A stretch of DNA of 64,000 nucleotides from Adineta vaga (Eukaryota; Animalia; Rotifera), in the NCBI GenBank assembly GCA_021613535.1, contig CP075492.1:17918001-17982000 (forward strand), given 5' to 3'. Of this stretch, positions 13,201 through 25,600 are shown piece after piece. The translations under genes were made by a program, and so were the position numbers. Each line of letters starts with the position of its first letter. Within the stretch, counting starts at the first letter, position 1. The notes under the pieces were generated by a model, which worked only from the letters and a program-made list of their open reading frames with translations, was not told the origin of the DNA and ran no database searches.

Positions 13201-14765
13201 ATGACTTTATTTAAACTTCCAAAAACAAATGCAGATATATTCAAACAATTTTCGAACATATCTTTCGAATGTCAAACAACAACAACAGCTGAAGATACAG
13301 AAGAAATTGATGTGAATGAGATTAAACCTTTAATAAAACAGCAGCAATTAGCAAAAATTCTTCAGTATAAACCGTGTGGAGTTGTAATGGGAAAAACAGG
13401 GGCTGGTAAAACTACGTTGATCAACAATATTTGTGGCACAGAACATGAATGTGGTGCAGGAATTGGAAGCATTACCAGAAATCTTTATCTTAATTCTGTC
13501 AATTGTGGTAACAATCCATTTTCATTGATCGATACACCAGGAACTAATGCTAAAACAGAAACTTATAAACATGCATATCTGCTGAAAGAGGCTTTAACTT
13601 CACAGCCAATCAGTACAATATTTATTGTCATCAGATACGAAAATCGTTTTGATACAATTTTAGAAGATTACGAAACAGCAGAGCAACCAGTATACAACTA
13701 TGGCGCAAAAATTGTCGTGATGATATCTCATTGAGATCTTTCCAAAGAACCAGAGAAGGAATTTGCACAAATCTGCCAAGTATTTCAAGATTATTGCTCA
13801 AATATAATTTGTTATTCGGAGAAAAGTTCTAAACGTCAAGTTGCAAACTTAATGTATAGTTGCATATCGAATATGGCAGCAGAATCATTGACAATCAACG
13901 ACCAGGAGTTTTTTCTCAATTTCAATGTAGCAGAAATAAAACGAAATATCAAAAGGTCATTAGATCAATATAGCAAAAAGGCAGCTGAGATTTTTCAAGA
14001 ATTCTCAAGCGCTGTTATTCGTGCCAATGCCGAATCGATTGAAGAAAAAGACGAAATTCTTCATATGCTCATTGTGGAATTTCGAAATGAAATGGATAGA
14101 TTATTGATAGAATTTCGAGATAAACATGCTGCTGAAATGGACGAATTAGATTATTATGTGTTGTACATAAAAATGCAAAAAGAAAATGTTCAAAATTGTG
14201 ATTCATTTGTAAAGAAAGTAATTCCGTTCATGTCTTATAACCTTTTTGATACTGGTGATCCGCGAAACCTGATTAAAAAATGTCCAAACCCAGAGTGTGG
14301 ATTAATTTGGTTCAAAACAGAAGGTTGCGATGGTACTACAACCTGTGGTAACAGTAGTTTTAGTAGCTATTTTGATCATAGTTCGAAACCTTTTTGGAGA
14401 TATGCATTAGAATGGGTTAATGGGAAACTTCAATGGAAAAAGAATGTTATAGACGAAAAACAGTTGCCAATATCAGCTTCGAAGCCTTTTGGACGCAACA
14501 CACTTCAAAAGATGTTTAATCGCACTAGGCTAGCGGAAAGGATTCCTAATGTGAAGAAGGAGGATAAAAAAGCTGCTGATGCAAAAAAGTGGGTTGCGGT
14601 CAACGATTTGTGTGGTCACAACTTCCAAAACTCGAAGATGATTTAATACTGGAACTGTTCAAAGTAAAAACCATTGACGAAGCAACACAGTTAATTAAAA
14701 GTGGTAATTTTAGAGAAGCTCGAAGAAATTATGAAACAAAGATTGACTCAACTTTTCATTCTTAA
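13201..14765 (+). pseudogene. Intronless P-loop GTPase (AIG1/MMR_HSR1-like G domain) with a C-terminal Cys-rich IBR-like region; one in-frame stop and one frameshift
   Basis: G1 GKTGAGKTT, G2 SIT, G3 DTPG. ORFs 13201 and 13852 are in the same frame across TGA 13732 (ISH*DLSKEP). CPNPECGLIWFKTEGCDGTTTCG follows. A frameshift in the A-run near 14585 restores GCGQRFVWSQLP...TFHS* ending at 14765. Confidence 0.8.
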
Positions 14766-14957
14766 TAATTAATTAGATTTCACATGAACATAATAAACAC
14801 GAATGTGAAATATTCTACTCATATTTTATTTTCTCGCTTTAATAATATTTCAATCTAGAAATTGCGTTTAACTCGAAAAAGCTTTCTATCCTTAACGACA
14901 ATATTCTTATGAACTATAGATGTAAAAAAGTTTCTGCATGAAAAATAACAAGTAACG

Positions 14958-15023
14958 TTGAGGGTGGGTGTGGGTGTGGGTATGTCTGAATGTGAATGCA
15001 AGAGACCCACACCCACATTACAA
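14958..15023. repeat. Telomere-like palindrome H7 (spacer type A)
   Basis: TTGAGGGTGGGTGTGGGTGTGGG-TATGTCTGAATGTGAATGCAAGAGA-CCCACACCCACATTACAA. Confidence 0.85.
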
Positions 15024-15109
15024 GAAAGTCTACAACAATCAAGTAACGATATTGGAAGAAACATATGCATGAATGAATATTTTCTTTAGATAACATTCGC
15101 ATTCATTCA

Positions 15110-16735
15110 CAGTCACGCCACATCCCTGATGAAATTCTAGTTCAACCGTTATTGTCTACTGATACGACGGTCCATTTGACAGTGACGTACGATCAATCTG
15201 ATGCAGCATTGTTTCAATGGAGATTGGCTAAGATGGTTACGTATTGTACACATGTCTCATATGAAAAGTGTGTGTCGAGCATTGAAGGTTAAGTTTCTCG
15301 CGTCTTTTAAATCGGCAATGAAACATTAGCGCTTAAATTTCAACAACTCTTTTCTGGTCACTAATTGTTTGTGAATTAATCATGCAAATATGGTAATATA
15401 TATGCTTTCAGATATCCCTGTTTGGATATTTAACATCAAATCGAATGTATTCGTGGAATGAGAAACGACTTCATTGTTTCAATTACGTTTCACACCCGAA
15501 TGTTTGGACATGTATTTTATTATTACTAGTACTGAATCTGGAGTACACATGATGTTTTTGCCACTTAAAGCAGCTCCCAGATGCTATGAAATTTCACGAT
15601 TAGATCGATCAAGAGTTCATTTACGAAAACTTGACTTTGGTACAATTAACATGGCGTGTCTAGCCGATAGTTCTGCTATTTGTTTAAGATTCGCTGATGG
15701 AGCATCATTATTCACGTTAGCAAATATCTTTGTTCGTGTTATGAGATTGGATCTTTACTGTGGTAATATTCAGTGTGTCAAAACGTTCATAGAATTAGAG
15801 CAGCTCGATCATCATCTTTTGGATTTTTGGTCTAACTAAGCTTATAAGGCACTTCTCAGTTTGGGTTATCGTATAAAACCCCACATCAGATGGCAGACTT
15901 TTCCAAAAACGCGTGTCGACTCGCAGTTATCACAATATTATCTAGCTTGAGATAATCGGTTCGTTGATATAAATAAAGAATATGATCAAATTCAACCATT
16001 ACCCAATGATATTGTTCTTCATCAATGGATAAATGTTCCACGTGTCTGTTTGACTACGTACGGTGCTTATCCTCTACCTATTCAGCCAATACGGGGAAAT
16101 CGAGTATCACGCCAGAAAGATCTTTTTGGCCCTTGCGATCACTTTTGTTTAGTAAACCTACGGGATGTTGATTTTAGGGAACCTATACAAGAGTTTATAA
16201 AACTGAATGAATTATGAATAAAATCACTTATAATTGGCAAGACTGATCCTAATATCGGTAATCGAAGATTTTACTTTCTGTTTTCTTTCAACAGTCAACT
16301 AAAAAAACGAAACTTTTGGTTTTATGCACCTTAACTAGTACCACTCAATCCATCGCAGTAAGTCTTTGGCAGATGCCCGATCATTAGCATATCATCTTTA
16401 TTAATAGCTGACAGGTGATCAAATGGAGCTTATCGAAGATAAAATAGATGATCAAGGACGAGTATTTACCGATGGAGCTAGAAAATTTTCACCTGAGGCT
16501 TTAAGACAGGTCAGTAAGAAATAATTTTCCTGATATCAAGCTTAAAAGATCGATTAACTTTCATTAGGCATTATTACCTTATCGTTCAGAGCTTGTCACT
16601 GATGAACATATGCCATGTGTAATACAAATTCGTTTAAATGGCTTGAAAGGAATACTTGTGAAAGCTCCCGATCTGGTGAATACAGGTATTTTGATTCAGT
16701 ATCGTCCAAGTCAATATAAATTTGATGCCCATATC
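15110..16735 (+). pseudogene. Eukaryotic (RNAi-type) RNA-dependent RNA polymerase relic, truncated before the DLDGD catalytic motif
   Basis: GRVFTDGARKFS (FTDG.G.IS), MPCVIQIRLNGLKGILV (P..QIR..G.KG.L), IQYRPSQYKF (RpS..KF) and FLFSFNSQLKKRNFWF (SQL...WF). It has introns and several stops. Confidence 0.8.
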
Positions 16736-16791
16736 ATAATGTATTGGGAATTGGCTTTATTTCTCTTTATAGTCAAATTTCATTTAGTTCT

Positions 16792-17604
16792 TTATTCAAA
16801 AGAAATTGATATTGTCTGTGAGACTGCGCCGCTTGTACTACACGTCAGACCATTAATTCCACCCCAATTTGCACTACCATGACATGGTCTCAATGCATAA
16901 CTTGCTGAACAAACACAAGCTCCATTGACAGCTATCTCATAACCAGATCCACATATTCCAACTCTCCAAAAAACTCCATTTGAAACTGTCACTATTGTTG
17001 TATTATACCTTAAAGCAATTGCAAGTGCAGTAACAGTAGCTGCATCTGTTACAGTAATGCCAACTGGATCAATTGAACCATAAATATGCATTTTTGAATA
17101 AGATGGACAAGTTAAATCTACTCGAAATTTTATCCATTCAGTACATTCAGCGGATGTGGGTTTTACACCACTAGTAAATGCTCCAGACTAAGTTCTTGTA
17201 CATGCTACAATGAGAAAAAAAAACAATGAATTATTTCAGTTGTAGTTCATCGAAATACTGACGTGATGGTGTAACGTTAGTATCTAGAAATAAAAGAAAA
17301 GGAAAAATAGTTGGAATATTATAATTTTTGAAAATTTACCCAGTATAATAACTATAATTGGTATTATAATTGCTGCTAATAAAAGAAGTGCTAATAGAAC
17401 TAATAATTCAATACATATTAATCGTCAAGTTGAACATCCAGATCTTTGATAGAACAAAGAAAAAAAGGGAAAAATAAATCATAAAATGAAAATAAGGAAA
17501 ATAAACTTTGGTTTGATTATTGATGAAATCGAATGGCTTGTGTTTTGTTGATTTTGATGTACAATTCTCGGTAGTTCAGAAGAAGTTTTAACGAATGTCT
17601 TCAT
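16792..17604 (-). pseudogene. Small single-pass membrane protein with a Cys-rich extracellular domain; in-frame TGA in exon 2
   Basis: Exon 1 MKTFVKTSSELPRIVHQ; exon 2 SGCST*RLICIELLVLLALLLLAAIIIPIIVIIL; last exon ..WRVGICGSGYE..CVCSASYALRPCHGSANWGGINGLTCS..QTISISFE. Confidence 0.6.
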
Positions 17605-17915
17605 TTTATACCAATGTATTCTTTAGTGATGTGGAAGTAAAAATGAAAGAATTAATTGCGTACTTTTTTCTTTATTTTCTATGTTTAAAAGTACAACAAT
17701 GTACCTTTACTTTTACATGATGCAACAATGTGTACTTTTAGTTAAACATGAATTAAAGACTTAAGAGAAAACAGAAACGAACACTTACTTTCTTAAAACA
17801 TCAGACATTTTCTGCATTCTTTTTCTTATGGTTATATGTAGAAGACGTGTATGATCGTCTATGTTTTTTAAACATCAATGCAATTGATCAAGACTTCGTT
17901 CCTAACGAACTCAGC

Positions 17916-17976
17916 TTAAGTGTGTCCAAACGGTGTAGGTATCATATGTATACCCCATCGTCATCTTCACCCTCAA
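17916..17976. repeat. Telomere-like palindrome H8 (degenerate)
   Basis: TTAAGTGTG..CGGTGTAGGTA-TCATATGTA-TACCCCATCGTCATCTTCACCCTCAA. Confidence 0.55.
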
Positions 17977-18047
17977 AAATAATCAATCTATAATTTAATA
18001 TTTTTTTGTCATTTTATTAATTGAAAATGTACAAAGTTCTAATCTTT

Positions 18048-19034
18048 CTAATTATTCGTTTCAATATATGTTCGTAGACGAGTAGTAACTTGTCGTAATT
18101 GTTGTTCAATATAGTTATTGAATTTGAATAATTTTTTTAATTCTTCCCGATAAACACTTCCAGAAAGAATATAAAGAAACGTTGCGAATACATAAGTACC
18201 TTGTTGCCAGACGATAGCAATACTTCGAATATTATTAATAAATATTGTATTCATTGAAGGTACAAATGTTGTTAAAATATAAGTGACTGCTGCTGGTATA
18301 GAAAAGAAAACATATGCAGCTACTTGGATAATTAACATTCGAACTAATTGACTTTCTGTTCGACGACTAACAAAACCTCCTTGATTCACAAATGCTACAC
18401 GACGTAATTGATTTTGAGTATGATGAATTGTTAATAGACCAAGTATAATCATAATCAATGGTGATAAGATATAATAGAGAATAACTCGAGTAGATAAATA
18501 AACAATGATTATTGGTGATGATAATTGTATACATCGATTAACAATATAATCCCATTGAAAGATAATTAAAACTGGACATAAATAAATAATAGTCAGAGTA
18601 GTAACGATTATGATTAGTTTTTGTGCTTTTCGAATATTACTTAAATTTCGTAGGGATACTCTAGATGAACTAGCAAAAACTCGATCGAGTGATGCAGAAA
18701 CTAACATCAAAGCAACAAATAATGATGATGCATAAACGAGGAATGGTTGAAATGAACATCCAAATGGTGTATTAGATAAGATTATATTGAATTGATAAGT
18801 GAGAAATAGACTAAGAGGTGAAATACCCATATAAATTAAACTAGCAATAGCTAGAGCAAGAAAATAATGAGTACATGGAGATGATCGAAGTGTTCGACGA
18901 GTAAGAATAATAATATTGATCATATTAGTAATTACTGTTGTGATTATTGCAAATGGTAAAATATAAGTAGAAATACGTTTAATTTCATTGTTAAGATTAT
19001 ATGATGCAAACGATGATGGTGTTGTAGTATTCAT
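18048..19034 (-). CDS. Orphan rhodopsin-like GPCR, intronless, 328 aa
   Basis: Seven hydrophobic segments with NIIIL..LRSSPCTHYFLALA, ASLDRV and FLYILSGSVYREEL. Confidence 0.9.
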   Translation of the reverse strand: MNTTTPSSFASYNLNNEIKRISTYILPFAIITTVITNMINIIILTRRTLRSSPCTHYFLALAIASLIYMGISPLSLFLTYQFNIILSNTPFGCSFQPFLVYASSLFVALMLVSASLDRVFASSSRVSLRNLSNIRKAQKLIIIVTTLTIIYLCPVLIIFQWDYIVNRCIQLSSPIIIVYLSTRVILYYILSPLIMIILGLLTIHHTQNQLRRVAFVNQGGFVSRRTESQLVRMLIIQVAAYVFFSIPAAVTYILTTFVPSMNTIFINNIRSIAIVWQQGTYVFATFLYILSGSVYREELKKLFKFNNYIEQQLRQVTTRLRTYIETNN

Positions 19035-19286
19035 TTTATCTCATATTAAAGAATAATTAATGTCCTTTTTTTATAATATAGTTGAATACGCTTCTGGTTG
19101 ACATGTATTGACGTCAAAGAATTCATTTTGACTTACTCGTAGGTTTATATCCTTGATTTTAATTCATATTACGTAGAATATTAATAGTAAGAAAATTATG
19201 AAGATCATCTTTATACGTTATTTTATTCTATCAGTATTAAATATGACTATATCGACGTAAATTAATCTAAAGTTCTTGTTTATTAA

Positions 19287-19336
19287 CCCTTTAGATATGG
19301 ATGACCCCATGTATAGGGTCACTCGCAGCCAAAGAG
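19287..19336. mobile_element. 50-bp piggyBac-like remnant
   Basis: TTAA|CCCTTT...AAAGAG|TTGA with an internal hairpin TGACCC-CATGTATA-GGGTCA. Confidence 0.35.
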
Positions 19337-20240
19337 TTGAAATTGTATTTTAGATGGTCTTGTCGGAAAATTTTTGAAAAAAAAAGAACTATTTGGCTTT
19401 ACTTTTTGACTAGTGTTTTAAAAATCATATTATTCTCAATATCTGAAGAATCTTTAAAATAATTAAAACAAATTGTATCACAATGTTACGTTTATATTTC
19501 CCTTTTTTTTTTGTAACCATTTGAAAGTTCTACATGTTGATGATATATCATCTTAAGTATCATGCTCATTTTTATAGCTGTCGAAATTACAAGTAAAATT
19601 ACTCAGATACAGTTGTGCGCAAGAAAATTCATTCGAGTTCTCTTTTACATAATTACGTTAATCAGTTCCTGGAGAAAATCTCATTTTATATAACTATGTC
19701 AATATTTATCTGATGTACATCTGATCACGGCTGTTTCTAATATTATATCATATTAAAGTTAAGTGTTGTAATTTATTAGCAGATGTCCTTGAATGATGCT
19801 ATAACTTATAAGGACAAAAAAGAAGAAAAGATTTCTTTTTCACTCGCTTTAAATTCTAGTCTAAAATTAGTTATGACGACATCTGGATGTTTAACTTTGA
19901 ATTAGTAATTAAATCATGAAGATTAAAACTATGATTTTCTGTTATTTTTCTAAAATCGATTAAATCTAAAAGATATTTTTGTAGCTGAAAATACCTTACC
20001 GATGCGGATCGGACTATATAAGCTTGTGTAAAAAATACAACAGAAACAGTGTACATATTCATATACAAAAATAGAAATAAAACGCAAGGTTTTTTCCCTC
20101 AGTTAATTTGTTTTTGTTATTCCTGTATTCAAAATGTTTCAGACAGAAAAAAAAAACCTTGAAAATAAAAATATGAAGAAATGTTTTAACATCAGAAACG
20201 ACATCATAAGCATTGTTTTTTTGTCTTCATTTTAGATATA

Positions 20241-22217
20241 ATGACTACTATTGATCAAAGAAATTCCTCTCGAAGAAAATTAGCATTAATTATTGGAAAT
20301 GAAGATTATAAAAAATCGAAAAAGAAATTAAAAAATTGTCTTAATAATGCTGAAAATCTACGAAAATTATTACTAAATATTCATTTTAATGTAACAATGT
20401 CTACAAATATTTCAACAGATGATGAAATGAAAATAATAATTAAAAAATTTGTTGAACAAATTCAAGATAATGATTTAATTTTATTCTATTATTCTGGTTA
20501 TATTTATCATTTTGAAAAGGAAACTTATTTAATACCAGTTGATAATAATAATATTAAAAAAAATGAAGATATTCAATGGTTTGCTACGCCTCTTAATTGT
20601 TTATTTCAACGTTTAATTGAAAATAAAAAACAATTTTATGCATCGATTATTATTTTAGATATTCCAAAAACATATTTAATTGAAAATAAATCAAATCATA
20701 TATTTAATCAAGATAATTTAATAGAAAATATTTTAATTCAATATTCTTCGGATGAAAATTCTTTAATTAATGATAATTTATTTAATAAATATTTATTAAA
20801 AAATATCGATCAACAAAATATAGATATTAGATATATTCTTCAATCAATATCAAATTATGTTTATTTAGAAAGAAATCAAAAACAAAAACCATTTTGTATT
20901 GATAAATTAAAACAATATCAACCGATTTATCTTAATGAATCTATTAATCATTGTATGTTACACTATAGATACTTTTACTAATTAGAGAAATAACAATCAT
21001 TATGTGTTGAATAATCGTATTCATATATCATAGCGTGTGTCATAAGAACGAAAGAAGAATAAATCATGTGTTTTTTAATTTTCTCTTTCGTTGGAAACTA
21101 TTGGGGTCGTGTCGCGCCATGATGGGCGTTTCGCTATTCTAAATGAGATCATTATTTTTCTTTCGTTCTATTACATCACGCGATATACGATAACTATATT
21201 TATTCAATGCATATAGTGACTTATGTCATTTGTTTCGATTCGTTTCTTTAAAATAATGACATTGCAAATATCTTTATATATTTAAATCTTTTAGTAAAAT
21301 CAAATATTCGTAAGAATTCCAAATGGAAATCCAATGGCTTAACAATTGCTGGTAAATATCATTGTGGTTATTCATTAGATCAAATTCATTTTCCTAAAGG
21401 AATTTGTTTAAATGAAGATGAAAATATTTTAATAACTGATACGTTAAATCATCGTATTATGGAATATTGTCAAGGAAATAGAATTGGTAAAAGATTAATT
21501 GGTAGAAATATTCATGGATATGATATTGATTTATTAAATGAACCTTCAGATATTATTTATGATATTAATTCAAAATCATTTTTTATTTCTGATAGAAAAA
21601 ATCGAAGAATTTTAAAATTTTCTTATGAAAAATCTAAATATAAAATAATGAAAAAGAATATCCAATGTTATGGAATTGCTATTGATAATCAAGGTTATTT
21701 ATTTATTTCGGATACTGATAAACATGAAATTAGACGATATGATAAAGATGATCAATTTGGAATTATTGTTGCTGGTGGACACGGAAAAGGAGAAAGATTA
21801 AATCAACTTAATTATCCAACATTTATTTATATTGATCATGAACAATCTCTTTACATTTCAGATTCAAATAATAATCGTGTTGTTAAATGGATTCGAAATG
21901 CTGAACAAGGTATTATTGTTGCTGGAGGATATGGAAAAGGATATAATTTTAATCAATTAAATTATCCGGCAGGAATTTTTGTTGATCAATTTCATACTTT
22001 ATATGTTTCTGATCATTGGAATCATCGTATTATGCGTTTTTATAAAGATTCATTAAATGGTGAGATTATTGTTGGTGATCAATTTCAACCTGGATATCAG
22101 AATAATCGATTATTTGGTCCTCAAGGTTTAACATTTGATCAACAAGGAAATCTTTATGTTGTTGATTCTTTTAATAATAGGATTCAACGATTTAATATTG
22201 AAAATCATATATATTAA
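20241..22217 (+). CDS. Caspase-like (peptidase C14, probably inactive) domain fused to NHL repeats; 2 coding exons
   Basis: RKLALIIGNEDY..LKNCLNNA..LFYYSGY..IILDIPK. Intron approximately 20953-21293. The NHL exon carries QLNYP, VSDHWNHRI and DSFNNRIQRF. Confidence 0.85.
20985..21235. mobile_element. Intronic MITE-like inverted repeat
   Basis: AGAACGAAAGAAGAATAA ... TTATTTTTCTTTCGTTCT plus further imperfect inverted flanks; ends are approximate. Confidence 0.45.
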
Positions 22218-22663
22218 CTCAATTTCAAATATAAAATCTTTTAAATAATATATGCCACATATTTAATTGAATTAATTATCAAATCACGTCTATTTTAATA
22301 AATAGAATTTTCAATTAAATAATCAAAATCATATATTTTATAATCCTTTCAATTCATGTTGTTCTTTTATAGATAACATACAGAACATGAAAGATATAGT
22401 TTTTCGTCTTGTTGTAAAATCACTTAAAAAAGAAATAATGTTTGAAGTATTTTCATAAAAAAATAGGAGAGTCACGAGAAAGTTTTATCATGTTTGTCCT
22501 CAACAGTTTTCCTTAAAATTATATTCTATAAATAATGAGAATTTCAAATTATCAAACAAAATATTATTCACAAACAATTAATTTTCAATTTGAAAAAGAA
22601 ATAAAAGGACACAAAAAAGAAAAGAGGCTTTATTCTTGTACGATTTCTTTCTAATATTGAAGA

Positions 22664-25600
22664 ATGAATATTAAACTGATATTTCAATGGTTTTATGATA
22701 AACTACAAAATTATAATCTTTTTATTTCGGAAGAAGATGATTATGATGATGAAATAGAACAACCTGAAAGTGTTTTAATTCATCAAAAATATTCAACATG
22801 GTTATATATCCTTCTATTTATATGTAAGTAAAGATAAGATTTTCAATTCTATTTAAATCTTTTTCAATTTTAGTATCATTCTATATTCTTTTCTTTTCAA
22901 CATTAATTAAACCACAATCAATAGAAAATGTTGCATCATTTATTACACCTACTATATTTGATGAATTATATAAACAATATCAAGAAACTCTTTCATGTCC
23001 ATGTACAATAAATTCAATTCCTTATAAAAATTTTACTGAAACTACAGTGAAAATACATTCAATTTGTACAAGTTTTTTTGTTAGTTCACAATGGATTGAA
23101 GTATTACATTTTGAAAACGTTAGACAATATAATACATTAGATTTTCGAACTACAGCTAGTTCTCAAGTAAGTCGTTTCTCACGAAATCATATTTGAAAAT
23201 TATTTAAAACAACTAAAGCTCGTCGGCGCCGACTCATTTTACCCACGCTATATCACCCACACAAACAACGCAGGTCCATACCGGCGCCCACTATAGTTTC
23301 GCCCAACCCCCACCCATGATTTCGAGCGTGCCTTGACTGATATTGAGTGAATATTTCATAATTATTTTATTCTTTAGTTTAAATTATTATCAAGTTTTTG
23401 TTCATTATCAGAAGATATTGTAAATCAAAATTTAATTGATCTTAATAATCGTGAACTTGTTAGTATTTATCTTCTTTCTCAAGAGACAATACAAAATGAA
23501 ACGAATGTAACAAGTCAATTTTATAAAACAAGTGGATCAATTCGAATAAATTCAATTTTGAACTATGTTCGTACAAATACTCATGCGAATTTTCTTATTT
23601 CAGCTCTTGGTACTAATTTAAAAATTCATCTTAATAAAGAGTATGATCTTGACGATCAGTATATGTATAATCTATATGCTCAACAAAATATTCTTGGCGA
23701 AGAAAAGCAATGCGGAAATTTCAATCCAATTTCCGAAGCAATTTTTGGAATTGAGCTAAATGATTCAGAATTTCTATCAAACTATGACAATTTATCTTAT
23801 GCAAATATAAATGGATTTTATGGAGCATGTACTCCACTTGAAGCACTTTTACCAAGTACTCTCGATTGTTTATATGATATTAAATGTCTTCGATTATTAA
23901 ACAATTATTTTCCAAAACTTAATCAAGTATTTTATTTGATTTTATAAAAAAATGATATTTTTTCTTTGATTTAGATGAATTTAACTTTTAATAATCTTAT
24001 TCTTAATTCATCTAATTTAAATCAAACTGTAATTAATTATTTATCAAATTTATTTATTAATGAATGGTTAACTGAAATAAATTATTTAAATTATTTTCAA
24101 ATATGTAATCCATTATATTGTACATATATAACAACAAATCATATGAATTTATCTGATACAATTACTCTTTTTATTAGTCTTTACGGTGGAATTATTATTA
24201 TTCTTCGTTTTATTTCACCTTTTCTTATTAATATTTTCTTTAAAAATCGAAATAATATTTTAAATTTACATCAATTTATTCAATGGTTAAAAAACTTAAA
24301 TCTATTTAAAAGAATTAATCAACGTTCAGATAATGATATAAAACAACAAAGAATAATAACACGTATTTATTTAATATTCTTTATAAGTATGTAGATATTT
24401 TTAATAACAAACTAATTTTCTTTTCTTTTTTGAATAAATATAGGTTTATTATTAATTTTATTTTTATTTACTTTGATGAGAAGTCAAATAATTCTAATAA
24501 CTATTTCCAAACCTTCATTATCAACTTATAAAACGTTAGAAAATTTATATACAAATACATTAAGATGTCCATGTACATTAACAACAATATCGTATGAAAA
24601 ATTTATTTCATTAAAACCTCATTTACATCAAATATGTTCAAGTTATTTTGTTGATCATAGTTGGATTGAATTATCAGCAAATCGATTTTCATGGATTCCT
24701 GCTGATTGGCGTACACGTGCGTTTTTATATTTTCAATTATTAGCTGATCTTTGTCAATTATCTAATAAAACTATTGATAATGCAATTAATAATTTTATGA
24801 AACAATCATTTATTTCATCAAATTTACTTATTCAAAATGATTTTAATATTCAAATTAATTCAATTTTACAACAATTTTTTCAATCAACATCAATATATTT
24901 TAATATTCTTATAGATACAGTACGTCTTATTATGCAAATAGATCAACCTTATATGGAGATACCTGTTGGTACAATTGATAGAATGCCGAAAGCTAAATTA
25001 ATTATAAAAAATCATCAAAATCAATCTTTTAATAATGAATCTAAAGTATATTTAGAAAAAACAATTTTCTTCTTCGAATATTTCTTGTCCGGGAACAAAA
25101 ATTTGTCATACCCACACTCAGAACAAGTTCTCAGGCGAATCCGGACAAGAAATACTCGAATATGGTGCTGTGACTTAACTTATATGAATATTTTTTATTT
25201 AGATATTATTTCTTTTACCTGGAACTACTGATATTAATTCAACTATGATTAATTGTATTTGTGCAACTAATCCATATTGTCAAAGTTCAAGTGCTATATA
25301 TATAGAAGATTTTATTGGATATGATCCATATCCAATTCTTGAATATATTATACCTGGAGCAAATACAGGATGTACACTTACGGATTCTGTTCTTTATTCA
25401 ACATTAGAATGTTTCTATTCAGATATAGAATGTTTTCCTATTATCTTATCTTATATTCGTGATAGAATTTTTGAAACTAATGGTAACGGTTCATTTTCTC
25501 ATGTTAAACCTCTTATTTATATTCCAACATTAACTCATTTTTCACCAAATATGACTATGAAAACAATACTCAGCGAAATTATGGTCGAACAATGGAATAC

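Noticed and set aside
14958-15023. True telomere or chromosome end
   Set aside because: There are only 2-5 hexamers per arm, they are internal, and they occur as inverted pairs.
13732-17427. In-frame TGA at probable Trp positions in two genes (13732 on +, ~17425 on -), suggesting UGA=Trp recoding or readthrough
   Set aside because: TGA is used as a normal stop in other genes here, TGG encodes Trp throughout, the GTPase also has a frameshift, and CAA>TAA / CAG>TAG lesions are common nearby. Ordinary G>A decay explains it.
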